NCBI GenBank assembly: GCA_937900485.1
Contig: CALCEL010000027.1
Span: 2,466-66,465 of the forward strand
DNA from: an uncultured Prevotellaceae bacterium
Lineage (GTDB): Bacteria; Bacteroidota; Bacteroidia; Bacteroidales; Bacteroidaceae
Length of the DNA stretch: 64,000 nt
Direction of reading: 5' to 3'
The notes beneath the pieces are model-generated. The model searched no databases. It worked only from the letters and a program-made list of their open reading frames with translations, and had not been told where the DNA came from. The position numbers and the translations under genes are program-made. Each line of letters begins with the position of its first letter. The stretch's first letter is position 1. This document shows positions 57,896 through 64,000 of the stretch, piece by piece.

Positions 57896-59962
57896 TTAGC
57901 AGACCAGACTGCCTCCCTTGACAGCGTGCTCTACCGTTGTCACCGCTATTGAGCCGTCCCAGTTCTCAGCGGAGAGGATCATACCTTCGCTGACGAGTCC
58001 GTTCTTGAACTCTCTCGGAGCCAGGTTGGCGATGAACAGCACTTGCTTGCCGACGAGCTGCTCTGGCTCATACCACTGGCTTATTCCACTTACGATGGTG
58101 CGTCCCTTCGGCGTGCCGTCATCCAGTTTGAACTTGAGAAGTTTCTTCATCTTCGGTACTCGCTCGCACTCCAGCACCGTGGCCACACGTATGTCGAGCT
58201 TGCTGAAGTCGTCGAATGTGACGAGGTCCTTCACCGGAGCTGTCTCGGCGCTGGCTTCCGCGTTAGCCTTGACTGTGGCTTCCAGCTTGTCCATCTGGAA
58301 TTTAATAACGTCGTCCTCAATCTTAGAGAATAACAGCTCAGGCTTGTTGAGCTTCTTGCCTGTAGGCAGTAAGCTGGTGCTTCCCAACTCTTCCCAGTTG
58401 AACTGTTCCATGTCAATCATGGAGCGTAACTTCTGGCTTGAGAACGGAAGGAATGGCTCGAATGCTATGGCAAGGTTGGCTGTGAGCTGAAGTGATATGT
58501 ATATCACTGTCTTGACACGCTCAGGGTCAGTCTTGATGACCTTCCAAGGCTCTTCGTCAGCAATGTATTTGTTACCTATTCTAGCCAGGTTCATAGCCTC
58601 TTTCTGTGCCTCCCTGAACTTGAACGCCTCAATCAAAGCCTCGACTTTCTCTTTCACTGTCACAAACTCTTCTATCGTTGATTTGTCTGTGGCTGTCAGC
58701 TCACCGCACTCAGGAACGATGCCGTCGTAGTACTTCTGTGTCAGCTGCAGGGCGCGGTTGACGAAGTTACCGTATACGGCAACCAGCTCGTTGTTGCAGC
58801 GGGCTTGGAAGTCTGACCATGTGAAGTCGTTATCCTTTGTCTCCGGTGCGTTGGCGGTCAACACATATCTCAGTTCGTCTTGTCTGTTCGGCAACTCCTC
58901 CAGGTACTCGTTGAGCCATACGGCATAGTTCTTGGATGTTGAGATCTTGTTACCCTCGAGATTCAGGAACTCGTTGGATGGCACGTTGTCCGGAAGAATG
59001 TAACCTCCGTGGGCTTTAAGCATGGATGGGAACACGATGCAGTGGAACACGATGTTGTCCTTTCCGATGAAATGTATGAGTCGTGTGTCAGGGTCCTTCC
59101 ACCACTTCTCCCAGTTTCCGTATTTCTCCGGATTATTCTCACACATCTCTTTTGTGTTGGAGATGTAACCGATAGGGGCGTCGAACCATACGTACAACAC
59201 CTTACCGTCGGCTCCGTCTACTGGCACTGGAATACCCCAGTCGAGGTCGCGTGTCACAGCGCGTGGCTTCAGACCGCTGTCCAGCCATGACTTACATTGT
59301 CCGTAGACATTGCTTCTCCATTCTGTGTGCTCGTTCAAGATCCAGTCTTCGAGCCAAAACTGATATTTGTCCAACGGGAGATACCAGTGCTTCGTGGATT
59401 TCTTAACCAACGGGTTTCCGTTGATGGCGTTGATAGGATTGATGAGCTCGTCTGGAGACAAGGTCGCTCCACACTTCTCGCACTGATCTCCGTAAGCGCC
59501 CTCGGAGTGACATCTCGGACACTCTCCTTTGATGTTGCGGTCTGTCAAGAACTGCTTGGTCTCCTCGTCGTAGAACTGTTCTGTCGTCTGCTCTATGAAT
59601 TTGTTGTCGTCATACAGTTTCTTGAAGAAGTCTGATGCGAACTTATGATGTGTGTCTGACGTAGTTCTGCTGTACACGTCGAATGATATGCCGAACTGCT
59701 CGAATGACTTTTTGATTATGCCGTGGTAACGGTCCACTACATCCTGTACGGTGCATCCCTCTTTCTTAGCGCGTATGGTGACAGGCACTCCGTGCTCATC
59801 GGAGCCACCCACGAAAATGACGTCTCTTCCTTTGAGTCTCAGGTAACGTACATAAATGTCAGCAGGGACATATACTCCTGCGAGGTGTCCAATATGTACA
59901 GGACCGTTCGCGTATGGTAAAGCGGCGGTGACTGTTGTTCTTTTGAAATTTTTCTGTTCCAT
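57896..59962 (-). CDS. metG: Methionine--tRNA ligase (with C-terminal tRNA-binding domain)
   Basis: HIGH motif (PVHIGHLAG), zinc knuckle [18 protein letters not shown], a KMSKS-type KISTS motif, and a C-terminal Trbp111-like domain. The start is taken at the ATG at 59962; a TTG lies at 59968. Confidence 0.95.
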   Translation of the reverse strand: MEQKNFKRTTVTAALPYANGPVHIGHLAGVYVPADIYVRYLRLKGRDVIFVGGSDEHGVPVTIRAKKEGCTVQDVVDRYHGIIKKSFEQFGISFDVYSRTTSDTHHKFASDFFKKLYDDNKFIEQTTEQFYDEETKQFLTDRNIKGECPRCHSEGAYGDQCEKCGATLSPDELINPINAINGNPLVKKSTKHWYLPLDKYQFWLEDWILNEHTEWRSNVYGQCKSWLDSGLKPRAVTRDLDWGIPVPVDGADGKVLYVWFDAPIGYISNTKEMCENNPEKYGNWEKWWKDPDTRLIHFIGKDNIVFHCIVFPSMLKAHGGYILPDNVPSNEFLNLEGNKISTSKNYAVWLNEYLEELPNRQDELRYVLTANAPETKDNDFTWSDFQARCNNELVAVYGNFVNRALQLTQKYYDGIVPECGELTATDKSTIEEFVTVKEKVEALIEAFKFREAQKEAMNLARIGNKYIADEEPWKVIKTDPERVKTVIYISLQLTANLAIAFEPFLPFSSQKLRSMIDMEQFNWEELGSTSLLPTGKKLNKPELLFSKIEDDVIKFQMDKLEATVKANAEASAETAPVKDLVTFDDFSKLDIRVATVLECERVPKMKKLLKFKLDDGTPKGRTIVSGISQWYEPEQLVGKQVLFIANLAPREFKNGLVSEGMILSAENWDGSIAVTTVEHAVKGGSLVC

Positions 59963-60201
59963 TTCCAATATGTTTACATTATAGCGCGAAGTTAAGAAAA
60001 AAGGATGACATAAGTGTTGTGTTTTGAGATAATAACGATTTTACGGATGGCCAGTAGAGTAAAAAACCTGAATTTGCGGATGTCATCTTCTCACACTTCT
60101 TACGTAACGCTGTCGCCGGCTTTTGCTCGTTCGTTAACGAAATAATCGGCTTTTGTCTGTAAGTTTTTCTGAAGATAATAAAATCTTACTGTAAAATACG
60201 T

Positions 60202-60209
60202 TAACTTTG
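60202..60209 (+). promoter_or_regulatory. Candidate -7 box upstream of metA
   Basis: TAacTTTG 35 nt upstream of the ATG at 60245. No clear -33 TTTG at the expected spacing. Confidence 0.35.
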
Positions 60210-60244
60210 CACCTTGAAAATATAAGGATAATAGAAGAGTAGAT

Positions 60245-61162
60245 ATGCCATTAAGATTACCAGACCAGTTGCCTGCTATTGATATTCTGAAGCAGGAGAA
60301 TATTTTCGTTATGGGGTATAAGCGCGCTGATAGTCAGCAGATTCGTCCCCTGAGGCTTGCGATTCTCAATCTCATGCCAATAAAAATCACTACTGAGACG
60401 GATTTCATACGAATCCTGTCTAACTCGGCTTTGCAGGTACAGATAGAATTCATGAAGATCAAGTCACACACGTCAAAGAATACTCCTGTGGAGCATATGA
60501 TGTCTTTTTATCGTGATTTTGATGAGATGAGACATGAGAAATATGATGGTCTGATTGTCACTGGCGCACCACTTGAGCAGATGGATTATGAGCAGGTGAC
60601 GTATTGGAATGACTTACAGGAGGTGTTTGACTGGGCTCACCATAATGTCACTTCCACTATCTACGTGTGCTGGTCTGCTATGGCCGCCTTATATCATTTC
60701 TACGGAATACCAAAATATGCTACGGACCATAAGGTGTTCGGAGTGTTCTCACATAAGATGCTCAATCCGGAGCTGCCTATATTCAGAGGTTTCGACGATG
60801 AGTTTTACTGTCCTCACAGCAGACATGGTGAGGTTCATCGTGAAGATATCGAGCGTGTGACGGGACTGGATATCATCGCTGAGAGTGATGACGCTGGTGT
60901 GTGCATGGTCACAGCGCGTAACGGAAGGGAGTTTTTTATCACAGGTCACCTGGAATACTCACCGATGACGCTTGACGGAGAGTATAAGAGAGACCTAGAG
61001 AAGAACCTGCCTATACAGATGCCGGCCAACTACTATAAAGACGACAATCCGTTGTTGTCTCCAATCGTGCGTTGGCGCGCGGCGGCCAATCTGCTGTATA
61101 CGAACTGGCTCAATTATTATGTGTATCAGGAGACTCCGTTCAACATTAACGAGATAAATTAG
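60245..61162 (+). CDS. metA: Homoserine O-acyltransferase (MetA family)
   Basis: 305 aa. MetA N-terminus MP(L/I)..PD.LPA...L..ENIF, LNLMP.K..TE, and a catalytic Cys context (CW(S/G)A). Confidence 0.9.
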   Translation: MPLRLPDQLPAIDILKQENIFVMGYKRADSQQIRPLRLAILNLMPIKITTETDFIRILSNSALQVQIEFMKIKSHTSKNTPVEHMMSFYRDFDEMRHEKYDGLIVTGAPLEQMDYEQVTYWNDLQEVFDWAHHNVTSTIYVCWSAMAALYHFYGIPKYATDHKVFGVFSHKMLNPELPIFRGFDDEFYCPHSRHGEVHREDIERVTGLDIIAESDDAGVCMVTARNGREFFITGHLEYSPMTLDGEYKRDLEKNLPIQMPANYYKDDNPLLSPIVRWRAAANLLYTNWLNYYVYQETPFNINEIN

Positions 61163-61242
61163 TCGTAGGCATATACGTTTTTTTAACCACAGAAATTTTT
61201 ACTGTCACGAGAAAGATTGAGTTATTAGCTCCGGCGAGGAAT

Positions 61243-63057
61243 GTGGAAGTGGGCATCGAGGCAATCCGTCACGGTGCCGACGCTGTGTATATTGGCGCAG
61301 GCAGTTTCGGCGCCAGGGCTGCGGCTGGTAATGATATTTCAGATATCATCAGACTGGTTGAGTTTGCGCATTTTTTCAGAGCTAAGGTGTATGTTACTGT
61401 CAACACCATAGTGTATGACAATGAGTTGGAGGATGTCAGACAGCTTATTTGTGACCTTTACTCTGCTAAGGTTGACGCTCTCATCGTGCAGGATATGGGT
61501 ATATTGGAAATGGATATACCGCCTATTCCTCTGCATGCCAGCACTCAGATGGACAATAGGACAGTGGAGAAAGTGGACTTCCTGCACAAGTGTGGTTTTG
61601 AGCAGGTGGTGCTGGCCCGTGAGTTGAAGGCGGAGCAGATTAAGGCCATCCACGATGCTGTGCCAGACGTCAGTCTTGAGGTCTTCGTTCATGGTGCGAT
61701 GTGTGTCAGCTACTCAGGTCAGTGTTACGTCAGTGAGGATGTGTTCTGTCGTAGTGCTAACAGAGGAGAGTGCGCTCAACTGTGCAGGATGGAGTACGAT
61801 TTGTTGACGAGAGACAGAAAGAGCAACAAGGAACGTGTGATTGTAAGAGGCAAGAGTCTTCTCTCTATCAGGGATAATTGTCAGATAGATAATCTCGAGG
61901 CGCTGGTCATGTCAGGTGCTTCTTCTCTGAAGATTGAGGGACGACTGAAGGGTGTGGATTACGTTAAGAATGTGGTGGCAGACTATTCTCGTAAGCTTGA
62001 TGAGGTGATAAGCAGACATCCGGACGAGCTGGTGAGAGCGTCGTCAGGACAGACAGTCTTGAGGTTCAGTCCGGACTGGCGTAAGAGTTTTTTCAGGAAT
62101 TTTATTTTCCAACCAAAGTCTGTTGGCGAGTTTGTCGGCAAGGTGTCGGAAGTCGGGCATAATTTCTTTAAGATAAAAAGAGTAGGGGGCAGACGTGTTG
62201 GTGTGAGCGACTATTCGGAGATGAACAACGGTGACGGTGTTTGCGTGTTGGATTCCGAAGGTTCCATGGTCGGATTCAGAATCAACAGAGTCGATGGCGA
62301 CAAGCTGTTTCCGCTTGAGATGCCGAGGTCGCTGAGGAACGGAATGTCAGTATACAGGAATCAGAACCAGAAGTTCGAGAAAATGCTCGCCGGAGAGACT
62401 GCGGACAGACGAGTGTCCGTGTACATCACTTTCTCAGATTCATGTGACGGTTTCGTCATGTCCGCAGAGGACGAGGATGGGACACGTGTGGTCATGCCCG
62501 TCGTTTACGACAAGGAGATAGCCCGCAGCAGCCAGCATGACAATATTGTTAGACAGTTAAGTAAATTAGGTGACACCATGTTTAATGCTAAGAACGTCGA
62601 TGTTGACATGTCAGATAACTGGTTTGTCCCGTCATCATTGCTTTCTGAGTGGAGACGCTCGCTGATGAGTGATTTATATGAGAAGCGTTTGGAAAGCTAT
62701 CCCCTACATGAATCAGTCATTACTCAAAGCTCTCATACGTATCCTAAAGGTTATGAGTTTGATTACCTTATGAACGTGGCGAATGAACTGTCGAGACAAT
62801 TCTGTGAGAGACATGGTGTTACGGTGAGACAAAAAGCGTTTGAGATTACTCATCCTCATAACGTTCCTGTGATGTTTTGTGAGCATTGTATCAGGAGAGA
62901 GATGGGGATGTGTCTGAGGAATAAGGATGGAAAAGACATCTCACAGCGTGACAGAGTTACTCATGATGACTTGTTCTTACGTATGTCGGATGGTAAGGAG
63001 TTCAGGTTGGAGTTCGACTGTAAGAAGTGTGAGATGCGTGTCGTCAGTCAATATTAA
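61243..63057 (+). CDS. U32-family peptidase (PrtC collagenase-like); the true start is probably upstream of the first canonical start codon
   Basis: GADAVYIGA, PLHASTQ, ARELK, E.FVHGA.C.SYSG.C and SLKIEGR motifs. The in-frame sequence upstream of the GTG at 61243 reads TVTRKIELLAPARN, which is the conserved U32 N-terminus. Confidence 0.8.
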   Translation: MEVGIEAIRHGADAVYIGAGSFGARAAAGNDISDIIRLVEFAHFFRAKVYVTVNTIVYDNELEDVRQLICDLYSAKVDALIVQDMGILEMDIPPIPLHASTQMDNRTVEKVDFLHKCGFEQVVLARELKAEQIKAIHDAVPDVSLEVFVHGAMCVSYSGQCYVSEDVFCRSANRGECAQLCRMEYDLLTRDRKSNKERVIVRGKSLLSIRDNCQIDNLEALVMSGASSLKIEGRLKGVDYVKNVVADYSRKLDEVISRHPDELVRASSGQTVLRFSPDWRKSFFRNFIFQPKSVGEFVGKVSEVGHNFFKIKRVGGRRVGVSDYSEMNNGDGVCVLDSEGSMVGFRINRVDGDKLFPLEMPRSLRNGMSVYRNQNQKFEKMLAGETADRRVSVYITFSDSCDGFVMSAEDEDGTRVVMPVVYDKEIARSSQHDNIVRQLSKLGDTMFNAKNVDVDMSDNWFVPSSLLSEWRRSLMSDLYEKRLESYPLHESVITQSSHTYPKGYEFDYLMNVANELSRQFCERHGVTVRQKAFEITHPHNVPVMFCEHCIRREMGMCLRNKDGKDISQRDRVTHDDLFLRMSDGKEFRLEFDCKKCEMRVVSQY

Positions 63058-63068
63058 ATGTGATATCC

Positions 63069-64000
63069 ATGATAAGATCATTCTTTTTATTTATAACACT
63101 CGTGTTCGTGTCGTGTTCCGCTGGTGATGGTGATGGAACTTCTACGGAGAGCATGGACTCCATAAGTGAGATCACTCGTGAGTTGACGGACAGTCTGATA
63201 AGTGAGAATCTCATGAGAGAGTCTGCCGTCGATTATGTGGATGAGGAGAATGACCGCCAAGATGAGAAAGCTGTGTCGTCAGACACATCGTTACTCTTGA
63301 ATACTTTTCAGGCTGACTCACTTGAGTTCAGGCTGAGACATCATTATACCATCAATTTTAACTTTGTAGTTAAATGTGACTCTCTGACTCTGCTACCATA
63401 TGAGGGCGACCTGATATCAGACACTTGCGTGGTGTATCGCGGCGATGTGATTGCCGTGGCCAGTATCAAGACCATGAGCGCTGACTCGACGGACGCAGTC
63501 TGGGTTAAGGTGGCGCATGACCAGTATACTATGGGTTGGATAAATGAGGCGGATTTGTTGGCAGGTGTTGCTCCTGACGACTCTATATCTGAGATGATAT
63601 ATTTCATGACGGGAATCAGAGGAGTGTGGATGTCGTCATTGGTCCTCATGGGCGTCATAGGTTTCTTGTTACGTCGTGGAAAAGTGAAGAAACTTCAGAT
63701 ACTTCGTTTTGATGAGATGGACAGTTTCTATCCAGTGTTTCTGTTGTCTACGGTAGGTATCATGGGCTCTTTATATGCCAGCATACAGAACTTCGTTCCT
63801 GAGTTCTGGCAGGAGTTCTATTACCATCCTACTCTGAATCCATTCCAGTTACCTATGATTATGTCAGCCTTAGTGTTTTTGTTCTGGCTCATTGTGATTA
63901 TATACATTGCCGTGGTGGACGAGGTGTATCACAATTTCTATTTCTTGCCTGGGGTGGCTTACTTATTGGAGCTTACGGGTTTGACGATGGTAGTGTACCT
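63069..64000 (+). CDS. Hypothetical lipoprotein/membrane protein; the 3' end lies beyond the window
   Basis: ATG at 63069, and the frame is open to the window end (checked codon by codon). Lipobox FVSC, an acidic linker, a beta-rich domain (GDVIAVASIK...WVKVAHDQYTMGWINEADL), then several TM helices. Absent from the ORF track because no stop lies in the window. Confidence 0.65.
   Translation, partial: MIRSFFLFITLVFVSCSAGDGDGTSTESMDSISEITRELTDSLISENLMRESAVDYVDEENDRQDEKAVSSDTSLLLNTFQADSLEFRLRHHYTINFNFVVKCDSLTLLPYEGDLISDTCVVYRGDVIAVASIKTMSADSTDAVWVKVAHDQYTMGWINEADLLAGVAPDDSISEMIYFMTGIRGVWMSSLVLMGVIGFLLRRGKVKKLQILRFDEMDSFYPVFLLSTVGIMGSLYASIQNFVPEFWQEFYYHPTLNPFQLPMIMSALVFLFWLIVIIYIAVVDEVYHNFYFLPGVAYLLELTGLTMVVY

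Noticed and set aside
59969-60244. A possible SAM riboswitch or leader in the 276-nt metG-metA divergent spacer.
   Set aside because: I could find no SAM-I or SAM-II-like conserved cores. The best -7 promoter box (60202-60209) lies only 35 nt from the metA ATG, leaving no room for an aptamer in the 5' UTR.
62927-63127. A 66-aa ORF spanning the end of the U32 gene and the start of the next gene.
   Set aside because: It is out of frame with both neighbours and overlaps both well-supported coding regions, so it is likely spurious.
1-64000. A scan for tRNA, rRNA and CRISPR arrays in all intergenic regions.
   Set aside because: I found no GGTTCGAATCC-type T-arm or cloverleaf candidates, no rRNA-like stretches, and no short regularly spaced direct repeats. 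The only interspersed repeats are the 330-bp family and the comM duplication.

Overview
This 64-kb window looks like core chromosome from a Bacteroidales organism. The order-level call is an inference from three things: TAnnTTTG/TTTG promoter motifs, T9SS PorW/PorX-like genes, and GH115/GH16/GH43 glycosidases. A Prevotella-like origin is only a guess. Most of the window is densely packed single-copy housekeeping genes: korAB, dxs, trkAH, aroA, porW/porX-like, tsaE, dusB, fumarate hydratase, frr, an msbA-like ABC exporter, mutS, a DEAD-box helicase, aroQ, rbfA, a lolE-like permease, comM, sufE, lgt, ychF, metG, metA and a U32 peptidase. There is also a glycan-decoration cluster at 24.3-30.1 kb (two acyltransferase-3 genes, GT14, then IspD-like, SDR and LicD genes). 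I saw no rRNA, tRNA or CRISPR array by eye. Two things are not explained by ordinary annotation. (1) A non-coding repeat of about 330 bp occurs four times, always on the + strand (5807-6138, 21563-21894, 32853-33182, 53861-54189). It carries nested inverted half-sites, a subterminal inverted repeat and compensatory changes between copies. No transposase or integrase is present, and three of the four copies abut truncated ORFs. I do not recognise it as any known IS end or RNA family; it is a candidate non-autonomous mobile element or multi-copy structured RNA. (2) The 3' end of comM is duplicated in direct orientation, with 256 identical nt followed by diverged tails. The two copies bracket 2.46 kb of AT-rich DNA. 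That DNA encodes a secreted transglutaminase-like/TPR protein, an orphan Rhs-type C-terminal toxin cassette with a lipase-like domain, and a translationally coupled 4-TM candidate immunity protein. Repeat copy 4 and a truncated HTH gene lie just downstream. Smaller oddities are a predicted pseudokinase, a TlpA-like protein lacking its CxxC cysteines, a split Bcs1-like CDP-ribitol module next to LicD, and a U32 peptidase whose conserved N-terminus lies upstream of any canonical start codon. All functional calls come from reading motifs by eye; no searches were run.
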